Shown here piece by piece: positions 1-9,800 of a stretch of 64,000 bases of DNA. Within the stretch, counting starts at the first letter, position 1. The number at the start of each line of letters is the position of its first letter. The DNA lies in assembly GCA_965140785.1 (NCBI GenBank), contig OZ223475.1, forward strand, positions 96,001 through 160,000, written 5' to 3'. Origin of the DNA: an uncultured Ruficoccus sp. GTDB taxonomy: Bacteria > Verrucomicrobiota > Verrucomicrobiia > Opitutales > Cerasicoccaceae. The position numbers were made by a program, and so were the translations under genes. Below the pieces are notes generated by a model. That model was not told the origin of the DNA and did not search any database. It was given only the letters and a program-made list of their open reading frames with translations.

Positions 1-1
1 G

Positions 2-307
2 CCAGCCGACGTGGTTGCCCGGCAAGGACCGGCCTACTTTGACAACCTCGTAGGACAGTTGCGGGTGAACCGGCCCACATTCCCGAGCCTGCCTCCTGAA
101 AGCTGGTCCAGCCAGACCTTTGCCGAGGGCGGCTTCGCAGACAGCATGACCTCGACACCTACGCAGTCGCAGGCGAGTGGCCAAGTGAACATCGCCGTGA
201 CCGGCACCCGCAATGATCTGCGCCGTTTCCTCGAAACTGCCGAGGGCGAAACCGCCGTCCTCGACATCATGACCCGCAACAAACTCAGGCTGGGGATACC
301 GGGGTAA
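2..307 (+). CDS. C-terminal end of a probable phage tail tape-measure protein (5' partial)
   Basis: Frame is open from the window edge. FAEGGF motif and 'VNIAV...LRRFLETAEGETAVLDIM' tail resemble tape-measure C-termini; lies just upstream of the tail-tip genes. Confidence 0.55.
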   Translation, partial: PADVVARQGPAYFDNLVGQLRVNRPTFPSLPPESWSSQTFAEGGFADSMTSTPTQSQASGQVNIAVTGTRNDLRRFLETAEGETAVLDIMTRNKLRLGIPG

Positions 308-316
308 GGGATGCTC

Positions 317-353
317 TTGACATTCTGCATGTTCTTACTAATGTAATAACATG
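317..353 (+). promoter_or_regulatory. Promoter and palindromic autoregulatory operator of the TA pair
   Basis: TTGACA at 317-322, TAATGT at 339-344, imperfect inverted repeat CATGTT-C-TTAC-TAAT-GTAA-T-AACATG at 328-353 overlapping the ATG at 351. Confidence 0.55.
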
Positions 354-581
354 CTTATTGAATCCAAAACCCGCAAAGTGGGCAATTCCGTCGGTCTGAT
401 TCTGCCCAAAGAAGCGCTTTCCCGCATGAATTTGCGCGAGGGGGAATCGGTGTATCTGACCGAAACCTCCGATGGCGGTTTTCGGATCACTCCCTACGAC
501 CCGGAATTCAACAAGCAGATGGAAGCCGCCGAGTCGGTGATTCACCGCTACCGGAACACCCTGCGGGAACTGGCGAAATGA
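351..581 (+). CDS. AbrB/MazE/SpoVT-family antitoxin (Doc partner)
   Basis: 76 aa; KTRKVGNSVGLILPKE swapped-hairpin motif and C-terminal YRNTLRELAK; ATGA overlap with doc. Confidence 0.9.
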   Translation: MLIESKTRKVGNSVGLILPKEALSRMNLREGESVYLTETSDGGFRITPYDPEFNKQMEAAESVIHRYRNTLRELAK

Positions 582-964
582 CGGCCCCCGTCTGGCTGCA
601 AAAGGTTGTCATTTTTGCCCTGCATGATCGCCTTTTAGCCGAATTCGGTGGCGGTGCAGGGATACGCGACGTGGAACGGCTTGAGGCTGCCTTGGGGCGT
701 CCGATGCAGTGCTTTCACTATGGCGTGACGGACATGCACGCCTTAGCCGCCTCTTACGCCACCGCGATTGTTCAGGGGCATCCGTTTATTGATGGCAACA
801 AACGCACGGGCTTTGTCTGCGCGGTTGTTTTTCTGGAACTGAATGGGTGGACCTTTACGGCCACTGAACAGGATGCGGTTGTTCAGACTTTGGCGCTGGC
901 AAGTAGCGAAGTGGGAGAGGAGCAATTCGCGGACTGGTTGAGGCAAAACTCATCCCGCATCTGA
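578..964 (+). CDS. doc: Death-on-curing (Doc/Fic family) toxin
   Basis: Fic/Doc motif HPFIDGNKRTG; N-terminal HDRLLAEFGG..GIRD...LEAAL.RP typical of Doc. Confidence 0.92.
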   Translation: MTAPVWLQKVVIFALHDRLLAEFGGGAGIRDVERLEAALGRPMQCFHYGVTDMHALAASYATAIVQGHPFIDGNKRTGFVCAVVFLELNGWTFTATEQDAVVQTLALASSEVGEEQFADWLRQNSSRI

Positions 965-987
965 TCGGTTGACAGCTCCGGTTATGC

Positions 988-2187
988 ATGCCGGAAACGA
1001 TCGATAGCCACACGCTGATTCCCTTTTCGCCGGACTGGTCGTTTGCGGTCAAGCATAGGCAAGCGCACCGCTCGTCGGTGGCGGAGGGGGTGACCGGACT
1101 GGAGGAACGGGCGGCGTGGTTCACGCAGCCGCGCCGAAGCGGCAACTACACCATCGCCACCGACACCGCCGCCCGGACCTTCGCGGTGGAGGAAACGCTC
1201 CGGGTTGCGCAGGAGTCGGCCAAGGGCGCCGTGCCCCGGTGGGGGAGGGAGCAGATTGTCGCGCAGGTTTCCGGGCAAATTGTCACCCTTGAACGTGCTG
1301 CCGCCAACATGGCTGCGGGGCAATGGGTGGGGACGGCGAAACCCTTCGGGGATATCACCGCCGCCGCCAAGATCGCTTCAGTGTCCGGTCCGGTGCTCAC
1401 GTTGGAGGAAGCGCTCCCGTGTGTGGCGGGTGACATACTTGTGCCTGTCGATCTGAGCCGGATTGAGTCGGTGGATACCGAACTGCTTGGCGGCAGTGGC
1501 CGGGCCTTTGAAATCAACTTCAAAGGGGCGACACCGATGGAGGTGATCAATGCGGCATTTGTCTTTACCGAAACCGACACGGAAAGCAACTGGCTTTCGA
1601 TCCTCGCCAACCTTTACTTTCTGTTCTTCATCGACACCTCGGGCAGCATGAACGCGGACGTGCCCAACGTCACCGCTGCCGCCAACGACCTGAAAGTGCT
1701 CCTGCGCGATGTGATTTACGGGGGCGATCAGGAGAAGGCCGATCATTTTGTGCGTGTCCAGAACTGGTCGAGCGAGCGCTGGCTGGACCGACTGGCAACC
1801 CACGTCTCCGGCGAGGAAGCCGCCCGCTATGTTTCGCTCGCCTTCATCAACGAGGCCCGCAGTGGCTACCACCGAGTGCCCCGTGTCCCGGAAAACGAAC
1901 CGACCAGTTCCTTCACGACCGATTACAATAACTTTCAGGCCGAGTTTGCCCGACGTGAGTTCTCGCGCTGCAAAGTCTATTCGGTCGATCCGACTGCCAG
2001 CAGTTGGGAAGACGACAATGAAGCCTTCAATGCTCACCTGGCCGCCGCTATCACGGGCGCGGAAAACTATGCCGCCCTCGGCCCGGCCCTGTCCACGCAG
2101 TATGTCCTCTACGAAGTTGCCATCCCTTCGGGGCGCACGGCGCAGACCTACCTCAACGATATCTTCACCCTGCTCGGCCTGCGATGA
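988..2187 (+). CDS. Phage distal-tail-like protein with C-terminal vWA-like domain
   Basis: N-terminal PDW...G.EER.A....PRR pattern of Dit-like tail proteins; MIDAS-like FFIDTSGSM (DxSxS) near aa 215; position after tape measure. Confidence 0.6.
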   Translation: MPETIDSHTLIPFSPDWSFAVKHRQAHRSSVAEGVTGLEERAAWFTQPRRSGNYTIATDTAARTFAVEETLRVAQESAKGAVPRWGREQIVAQVSGQIVTLERAAANMAAGQWVGTAKPFGDITAAAKIASVSGPVLTLEEALPCVAGDILVPVDLSRIESVDTELLGGSGRAFEINFKGATPMEVINAAFVFTETDTESNWLSILANLYFLFFIDTSGSMNADVPNVTAAANDLKVLLRDVIYGGDQEKADHFVRVQNWSSERWLDRLATHVSGEEAARYVSLAFINEARSGYHRVPRVPENEPTSSFTTDYNNFQAEFARREFSRCKVYSVDPTASSWEDDNEAFNAHLAAAITGAENYAALGPALSTQYVLYEVAIPSGRTAQTYLNDIFTLLGLR

Positions 2188-3662
2188 CCTACCTCGACAT
2201 CCCTGTCTTTCCGCTGGTGGCCGACTTGGGCGAGTCGGTGCGCCGGGTCCTGAACTACGAGCCGGAAGTCACCGACATCGGCTTTGGGGCACAGCCGGCT
2301 ATGCCGGTGCAGGCCAGCACGCAGGAGCGCCTGCAAATCGCCACCGTCGCCCCGGACGCCGATACCCTCGATGCGGTGGAGGCGTTCTTTGCGGCCCGCA
2401 GCGGACGCTTCAAAGCCTTCTGGCTGGCGACCGGCGCAGAGGATGTGACCGTGCTATGTGCGTCGGAATCGGCCACCGTGTTCATTGAAGCGTCCACCTT
2501 TTCCGACTGGTCGCACCTGAAAGGAAAACACCTCGCGTTCTGTTCGTTGGATGGTCAATGCCTGTTTCGGAAAATCCTGCTCGTCGAAGGGACCGCGTTT
2601 GCCACGCGCTCACAGGTCACTCTCGACGGAGCCTTGCCCGCGAACGCGGATTGCTGGCAGGTCTCACGCCTGCTTCTCGTGCGGCTCTCCAGCGACGAAA
2701 TCGAATACGACTTCGAGGCCGACAATCACGCCCGTATCCGCTTCACCGGTATCGAACTGCCCGAGGAGTATGCCGCTCCCAACGCGCTGGCCACCCGCCG
2801 CCCGGTCTATCTCTACCGCATCACCCGCCGTTACGGGGTGCGCGATATTTACTCGCTCCACCTCACCAGCCACGACACGCCCGTCAACAGCGGCGTTATC
2901 TGGCAGCCGGTCCCTATCGACCACAACGGCCTGTCTGTTTCCACCGAGGGCGACGCGGACAAGCTCAACCTCGAACTCTTCGCTTGGGAGGGCAATCCGT
3001 TTGAGGACTGGCTCCCCATCCACATCGGCCAGCCCACCGGCATCGTCTTGAGTCTCGCTCATGTCAATGAAGCGACCGGCCTCGTGCTGGAAGCCCCGAC
3101 CATCCTGTTCCGGGGCATCATCGAATCTGTCACCAGGCAGGGCTACACACTGAAAGCCAAGGCGGTCAGCCCGCTCGCTTACGGCGAAAAGCGTGTCCCG
3201 CGCTTCTACCTCCAAACCCGCTGCAACTACCAGCTCTTCGACGGCTCCACCTGCCGAGTGCCCTCGGCCACGTATCGTCTGATCGGCACCATTGAGGCCA
3301 TCGACACGGACGGGGGGAGTATCGACTTCGAGTCCGTTTCCCTCGCGGACAAGACCGCCGATTGGCTGGCAGGCGGCTATATCGAAATCGGCACCGCCCC
3401 GCAGGTCGAAGTCCGCACCATCCGATACGCCGAAGCGTTGTCCGAAACCCGCCATCGGCTTTACCTCAACGCCTCTCTGCGCACGTCGCAAGTGGCTGAC
3501 GCCTGCTCGGCCTGGCCTGGCTGTGACCGCACCCCCGATTGCTGCCGTCAGCGATTTGACAACTTCGTCAATTACGGTGGCCACCCGTTCATCCCCTACG
3601 AAAACCCGACCCTCAAAGCCATGTCCCTCGCAAACACTGCCTCCTCTGGAGGCAAGAAATGA
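2184..3662 (+). CDS. Phage baseplate hub protein (DUF2163 + BR0599 C-terminal domain)
   Basis: C-terminal WPGCDRTPDCCRQRFDNFVNYGGHPFIP and internal RCNYQLFDGSTC cysteine motifs typical of BR0599/GTA hub proteins. Confidence 0.85.
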   Translation: MTYLDIPVFPLVADLGESVRRVLNYEPEVTDIGFGAQPAMPVQASTQERLQIATVAPDADTLDAVEAFFAARSGRFKAFWLATGAEDVTVLCASESATVFIEASTFSDWSHLKGKHLAFCSLDGQCLFRKILLVEGTAFATRSQVTLDGALPANADCWQVSRLLLVRLSSDEIEYDFEADNHARIRFTGIELPEEYAAPNALATRRPVYLYRITRRYGVRDIYSLHLTSHDTPVNSGVIWQPVPIDHNGLSVSTEGDADKLNLELFAWEGNPFEDWLPIHIGQPTGIVLSLAHVNEATGLVLEAPTILFRGIIESVTRQGYTLKAKAVSPLAYGEKRVPRFYLQTRCNYQLFDGSTCRVPSATYRLIGTIEAIDTDGGSIDFESVSLADKTADWLAGGYIEIGTAPQVEVRTIRYAEALSETRHRLYLNASLRTSQVADACSAWPGCDRTPDCCRQRFDNFVNYGGHPFIPYENPTLKAMSLANTASSGGKK

Positions 3663-4192
3663 AGCTGAGCCAGCTTCACCGCATTCATGGGGGCGATGCC
3701 CCCATCGACGCTTCGCGCCTGCCCCCCTTTATAACGATGAGACCTTTCTTCAAAAATCCTGAAAGAGTAAAAGCGCTGGAAGCGGAAGCGCGGCGCTGGA
3801 TCGGCACGCCCTTCGTGCCCTTCCAGGGTGTGTGCCAGGGCGGTTGTGATTGCGTCCACTTGGTGCATCAACTGGCCACCGCCTGCGGCTTCCCGCACGA
3901 GTTGAAGCCGCCCCGCTATACACTCGATGCAACCGCCCATCGGGAGGATTCGCAACTCCGGGAGTATTTGGAGAGCATTCCCGACTGTGTCCGGTTGGAT
4001 GATGGCACGCGCCTTATGCCCGGCGACCTTGTGACATTCATCATGGGTCGTGCCCCGCATCACCTCGGGATGTTGGTCACGCCGCCTGTATTCATCCACT
4101 CGATACGAGGGCTGGGAACCACCTTCGGCCAGTTGAACGATCCGACCTACGCCCGGCGTCAGGATGCCGTTTACCGCCTGATTCAGTCATGA
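3659..4192 (+). CDS. Phage tail NlpC/P60 peptidase (start may be ATG 3737)
   Basis: ARRWIGTPF...GCDCVHLV catalytic Cys motif, PGDL, HHLGM...FIHS His motifs. Confidence 0.88.
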   Translation: MKLSQLHRIHGGDAPIDASRLPPFITMRPFFKNPERVKALEAEARRWIGTPFVPFQGVCQGGCDCVHLVHQLATACGFPHELKPPRYTLDATAHREDSQLREYLESIPDCVRLDDGTRLMPGDLVTFIMGRAPHHLGMLVTPPVFIHSIRGLGTTFGQLNDPTYARRQDAVYRLIQS

Positions 4193-6192
4193 GTTTCCTC
4201 TTTCGCAGCACGCAGGCGGTGGCCGCGCCGGTCCAGAGCCTGACCAATGTCCAGGCCGAGCGGGTTGCTACCAACGAAGAAGCCCGCCCGTTGCCGTGGG
4301 CGGCAGGTACGGTGCGCCTGAGCCTGACGTGGATTACGCCTGCCATTAATCCGCAGGCCATTCCCATCACCACCACCTATCAAAGTGGCAAGAATAGCAC
4401 GTCCACCGCCACGGTGGGCTACACCTATCAGGCGGGGCTGGCCGGGGCAATTTGCAGCGGGCCAGTCGATACCCTGCACGCCATCTACATCGACACGGTA
4501 AAGGTCTGGGAAGGCCCCCTTACCGCCGTGGCAGGACAGTTTGCCTTCATCACGCTACCCAACTACGGGCAGGCCCGGTTCTATTGGGGCAGCGACAGCC
4601 AGTTGGCCGACTCGCTGCTGGAACCGCTGAGCCATCCCGCTTACCGGGGGCAATGCTATGTCGTCTTCGATCCACTCATCTTCGGGCGCGACCGAACCAG
4701 TGCCCCGCAGGTCGAGTTCGTGGTCTCGCGCCGCACAGTCATCCCCGGTTACACCAACCCGGACCTTTCCGGAGACGTGTGCCCGATTCATGCCGCCATC
4801 GAGTTGGCCACCCATCCGCGCTACGGCCTGGGTATCTACCTGTCCGACTTCGACGGCAGCGGCGAGGAAACGTCTGCCAAACTCGTGGAAGCCGACATGG
4901 GCATCTCGCCGCTCATCAATAACGCCCAATCCCTCCCACAGTCCCTCGCGGAAATGCTCGGTTACTTCGACGGCTTTCTTTACCAGAAGAATGGTAAGTA
5001 CCGCTTCGGCTCGGCCTCGCTACCGGTGGATTTCTCCGGGGCTCCCATCATCGACACCGCCGACCAGACCGACTTCCCCGAAATAGACAGCGACGCCTTC
5101 AGCCAGGTGAGCAGCGAGACGCGCCTCGTCTATACCGACCGGGACCGTGAGTTTAAGGAATCGGTCGCCATCCACCACGATGCCGCCGCCCACGCACTCA
5201 ACGGGACGCAGGAGCCGGTCACATTCCAGCGGCGGTGGATCACCCGGCAAAGCGTCGCCAACGCCCAGGTGGCCAAGGCGGGACGCCGTGCCGCACTCCC
5301 CGAGGTCGGCGGCAAGGTCATGGTGCATTACTCGAAAGGCATCGGCTTGAACCCGGGCGATCCCATCCGGCTGCGTCCCTTCCCGCAGGCTGACTACCTG
5401 CTCAACTGCCGGGTGACGGGCATTGCCCATCGTCGCAGTGACGATGCCGAGCTGGAGCTTCAGTTCGTGCTCGATGTAGCCAACCAGGTCTCCGGCGTCA
5501 CTCCTGCCCCGTACACGCCGCCCGAGCAGCCGAGCTACGACGCCGACCCCATGCCCTTCGAACGGGTCGTAGTGTTGCCGGAAGGGGTAGCGACCAGCGG
5601 GAGCGTAGGGGCGGAGCCCCTCGATGGGTCCAGCGTCACGCTGGTGGCGCATCTTGGCGTGCGTGCGCACAGCCTCATCACTGGCTACAACGTTTTCCAT
5701 TCCGCCGACGACCTGAACTACGCCTTCCTCTCACAGGCGCGGTTCTTCGCCGTCACTGGCACGCTGACGGCCGAGTTGCTTGAAGACGGGGCCGATGCCG
5801 TGATCGACGCGCACGCCGTTGACCGAGCAACACTGGCCACGCAGACCCCGGAACAGGCCGACGCCGACACCGTGATCCTGTTTCTGGGCGGTGAACTCCT
5901 GTCGGTCGAAGGCTACGTGGTCAATGCGGACGGTACTGTGACCCTGGCCAACCTGCGACGCGGACGTTTCGGCACGCTGCCCGTAGGCCACGAAGTGGGG
6001 GAGCGTGCGTTTCTGGTGAGCCGCGAGCACCTGCATATGCTGCGCAAGGACGCCTTTGTTCAGGGCAGCACGCATTACTTGAAAAGCACCTCCTACACTA
6101 TCGCCAAGGAACAGAACATTGCCACCGCCCCCGTGATGCCGCTGAATATCCCCGAGACCGAGTCGCCGGTTGACACAGATCCCGATGAGTAA
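4189..6192 (+). CDS. Phage tail tip / host-specificity protein (phage-tail_3-like)
   Basis: 667 aa; ICSGPVD, HPAYRG, PRYGLG, YTDRDREF and LRRGRFGT motifs seen in GTA megatron/tail-tip proteins; ATGA coupling. Confidence 0.8.
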   Translation: MSFLFRSTQAVAAPVQSLTNVQAERVATNEEARPLPWAAGTVRLSLTWITPAINPQAIPITTTYQSGKNSTSTATVGYTYQAGLAGAICSGPVDTLHAIYIDTVKVWEGPLTAVAGQFAFITLPNYGQARFYWGSDSQLADSLLEPLSHPAYRGQCYVVFDPLIFGRDRTSAPQVEFVVSRRTVIPGYTNPDLSGDVCPIHAAIELATHPRYGLGIYLSDFDGSGEETSAKLVEADMGISPLINNAQSLPQSLAEMLGYFDGFLYQKNGKYRFGSASLPVDFSGAPIIDTADQTDFPEIDSDAFSQVSSETRLVYTDRDREFKESVAIHHDAAAHALNGTQEPVTFQRRWITRQSVANAQVAKAGRRAALPEVGGKVMVHYSKGIGLNPGDPIRLRPFPQADYLLNCRVTGIAHRRSDDAELELQFVLDVANQVSGVTPAPYTPPEQPSYDADPMPFERVVVLPEGVATSGSVGAEPLDGSSVTLVAHLGVRAHSLITGYNVFHSADDLNYAFLSQARFFAVTGTLTAELLEDGADAVIDAHAVDRATLATQTPEQADADTVILFLGGELLSVEGYVVNADGTVTLANLRRGRFGTLPVGHEVGERAFLVSREHLHMLRKDAFVQGSTHYLKSTSYTIAKEQNIATAPVMPLNIPETESPVDTDPDE

Positions 6193-6211
6193 GCTCAACT
6201 CAAGGATCATT

Positions 6212-6676
6212 ATGGACCCGGTCATCACGGAAATGGCGGCGAGCGCCGTCGCAGGCGGACTCTTTCAGGGAGTTTCCGAAGTCTTCAAGCTCGGTCAGGG
6301 CTTCATCACCACGTTGCGTGACGTGGCGATTTCCAACAACGAACAGGCCCGCAAGAATGCGGAACTGAACAACGTGAACGCCAACGCTGCCGCCAAACGC
6401 ACCCAGCCCTGGCTCACTGCCACACTAGCCATCATTGTGATTGCGGCGGCGTTCTTGCTGCCGTTTATCGCTGGTTGGATGGACATGCCCACCCAGATCG
6501 TCAGCGACGAGGAACCGTTCTCCATGCTCTGGGGGCTGATCACCTTCGGGGGCGGCAAGATTGTCACGCAGGCGCAGGGCTTCGTCCAGGGGCCGGAGTT
6601 CTGGAGTACCGTCCGCATGGTCGCAGGCTTCGTTTTCGGTGTGAAAGCCGTCTCCACCGGCAGTCGGTTGTTCTGA
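6212..6676 (+). CDS. Phage membrane protein, possibly holin-like (start 6185 or 6212)
   Basis: Hydrophobic TM segment WLTATLAIIVIAAAFLLPFIAGW plus a C-terminal hydrophobic stretch; AAGGA RBS-like sequence before ATG 6212; last phage gene. Confidence 0.45.
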   Translation: MDPVITEMAASAVAGGLFQGVSEVFKLGQGFITTLRDVAISNNEQARKNAELNNVNANAAAKRTQPWLTATLAIIVIAAAFLLPFIAGWMDMPTQIVSDEEPFSMLWGLITFGGGKIVTQAQGFVQGPEFWSTVRMVAGFVFGVKAVSTGSRLF

Positions 6677-6813
6677 TTTAAACACATCTTGATCCGTATT
6701 GATTGTTCGCATGCGAAATATCTGCCTGCGCGTATATTTGATAACTAGACTAGTAGGAATATAAAGCCTTTACGGGTGCTTATAACGGAGAACTGAAGCA
6801 GGCTTGAGATACT

Positions 6814-9800
6814 ATGTTTAGTCGCACGAATACCTTCGATGTTTTAACGAACAAGACAAACGTTAATAAAACCTCGACTGTCGACGTCACGCGCAAGCCG
6901 ACGGTCATCCCGACTTACACGCCGTTTCCGCCAGACAAAAATCCGATGTTCCTGGAAAAGCGTGTCTATCAGGGCAGCAGCGGGCGCGTCTATCCGCTCC
7001 CCTGCGTTGAGCGCTTCGAGGAGAAGAAGACCGACCGCCTCTATGACACGGTTGTGATCGAGAACGAGTTCATCGAGGTCACCATCCTGCCAGAGCTGGG
7101 CGGTCGCATCCACGGCGCGCGCGATAAGACCAACGGCTACGACTTTGTTTACCGCAACGGCGTGATCAAGCCTGCCCTGATCGCCCTGTCCGGCTCGTGG
7201 ATTTCGGGCGGCATCGAGTTTAACTGGCCGCAGCACCACCGCCCCTCGACCTTCATGCCCTGCGACGTGGAGATCGAGGAGCACACCGACGGCTCCAAGA
7301 CGATCTGGATGAGCGAACACGAGCCGCTCAACCGTATGAAGGGCATGCATGGAATTTGCCTGCACCCGGACAAGGCCGTCATCGAGCTAAAAGTCCGCGC
7401 CTACAACCGCACGCCCTTTGTGCAGACCTTCCTGTGGTGGGCGAACGTCGCCGTCACCGCTAACGAAGGCTACCAGTCGTTCCTGCCGCCCGATGTCACC
7501 CACGTGGCCGACCACGCCAAGGGCAGTACGTCGAGCTTCCCGCTGTGTACGGGCACGTACTACGGGATCAACTACGCTGATCGCGCCAAGAGTGGCGTGC
7601 CCGTCGAGGACCGACCGCCGAACTTCGTCCCGCCCAGTTGCATCGACGACCCGGCAAATATCCCTCCGCAGCTGGCCGACATTGCCGCCGCAGGTCAATA
7701 CCAGCCCAACGACATCTCCTGGTACTCAAACATCCCGGTGCCAACCTCGTACATGTGCCTCGGAACCAAGGAGGACTTCTTCGGCGGCTATGACCACCTG
7801 CGTGGCGCGGGCATCGTCCACATCGCCAACCATCACATCTCGCCTGGTAAGAAGCAATGGGTCTGGGGCAATCACCGATTCGGATATGCCTGGGACAGCA
7901 ATCTGACTGACGAGGACGGCCCATACGTCGAGCTGATGTCCGGTGTCTACACCGACAACCAGCCCGACTTCAGCTTCCTTCAGCCCGGAGAGACCAAGAC
8001 TTGGAGCCAGTACTGGTACCCGGTTCAGGGCATCGGGACCGCGCAAAAGGCGAGCCTCGACGCGGCCTTGAGCCTAATCGAACGCAACGGGAAGGTGCGT
8101 ATCGGCGCTACCACTACAAGCCCAGAAGCTGGAGCAATTGTGCGACTCGTTAACGTGAAAAGCGGCGAGACACTGCACGAGGCGACAGTGAAGCTTGGCC
8201 CGGACAGCCCTTACGTGACCACGCTTGAGTTGCCGGGTAAAACGAAGCTGACAGAACTTCGCCTGACTTTGAGCACCGATGACGGACGCGAACTGCTTGC
8301 CTACCAACCGGAGGTACCGGAGGCCAACGAGCCGGAAGTCGCCACCGAGCCACCGCACCCCTCCAAGATTGAGAGCATCGAGGAGCTGTTCATCACTGGG
8401 CTTCACCTCTACCAGTATCGCCACCCCACACGCATGCCTGAGCCTTACTGGGAAGAAGCCCTGCGCCGCGATCCCTCCGACGCCCGCACAAACAACGCCG
8501 TCGGTGCTCTCGCGCTCATCAACGGCGAGTTCGCCAAGGCCGAGAAGGACTTCCGCACCGCCATCGCGCGCTTGACCCGCCGCAACCCGAACCCCTACGA
8601 CGGCGAGCCCTACTATAACCTAGGTCTCGCTCTGCGTTATCAGGCCGATGCCGCCGCACCGACCGACGCCGAGCGCGCGAGCCAACTTCTCGACGAGGCC
8701 TACGCTGCCCTCTACAAGTCCACCTGGAATCTGGCGTGGCAGTCTGCCGCCTACCACGCCTTGGCGGAGATCGACTGCCGCCGGGGCGAATGGAAGACGG
8801 CACTCGACCACCTCGACCGTTCGCTGCGTGTGAACACGGATAACCTCCGCGCCCGCAACCTGCGTGCGATCGTCCTGCGTCAGCTCGGGCGGAGCAACGA
8901 GGCCGAGGCCCTGCTCAGAGATACCCTCGCGCTCGACCCGCTTGACTTGTGGGCACGCCTGCTGCTTGACCAGCCGATCAGTTGCGACACAAAGACCCGG
9001 CTCGACCTCGCACACGATTTCATTCGCGCCGGATTTTTGGAGGATGCGCTCGCCGTGATCGCGCCCAAGGCCATCACCGCCACGCTGGAGGATCGCCCCG
9101 AGCCGACCAGCGGCACCGGTCCAATGCTCTCGTATACTCGCGCTTTGCTCTATCAGCAACTGGGCGACAGCAAGGCGGCGCAATCAGAACTCACTGCGGC
9201 TGCCGCGTTCCCGCGCGACTACTGCTTCCCGTCGCGTGTGGAGGATGTGAACATCCTGGAATGGGCCATCTCCGCGAACCCGCAGGACGCCCGCGCACCG
9301 TACTATCTGGGGAATCTCTTCTACGACCGCAAGCGCCACTACGACGCCATTGCCCAATGGGAGGCCTCCGCCAAGCTAGAACCTGAGGCCAACCCGACCG
9401 TGTGGCGCAATCTCGGCATCGGCTACTACAATGTCATGGAAAGTCATGACAAGGCCCGCGATGCCTACGAGCGTGCCTACTCCTTGACTCAAGCGGCAGG
9501 GATTAAGGACCCTCGACTGATCTTCGAGCGCGACCTGCTTTGGAAGCGCCTCGGAGTCTCCAGCGCAGATCGGCTTGCCGCGCTGGAAAAGCACCTCGAT
9601 GCGGTGCGCTCCCGTGACGACCTCTCAGTTGAATACCTCGATCTGCTCAATCAGGAGGGACGCCACGAAGACGCCAAGGTGTATCTGGCCTCGCGTCGCT
9701 TCCAGCCGTGGGAAGGGGGCGAAGGACTCGCCCGCAGCCAGCACATGCGCACGCGTCTTGCCCTCGGTCGTCAGGCTCTCGAATCGGGTGACGCACAGAC

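Larger units (their letters stand above)
1..6676 (+). mobile_element. Distal (tail) end of a prophage or GTA-like element; left part lies outside the window
   Basis: Co-oriented, overlapping genes in siphovirus/RcGTA order: tape measure, Dit-like, DUF2163/BR0599 hub, NlpC/P60, tail tip. Ends at an AT-rich junction at ~6680; no att site or integrase seen. Confidence 0.85.

Noticed and set aside
2664..3584. 306-aa antisense ORF (also 1378..2037 and 5020..5700)
   Set aside because: Shadow ORFs opposite well-supported GC-rich phage genes; no recognisable motifs.
6646..6660. GCCGTCTCCACCGG resembling the tRNA-like repeat end
   Set aside because: Lies inside a coding region and lacks the rest of the conserved repeat.
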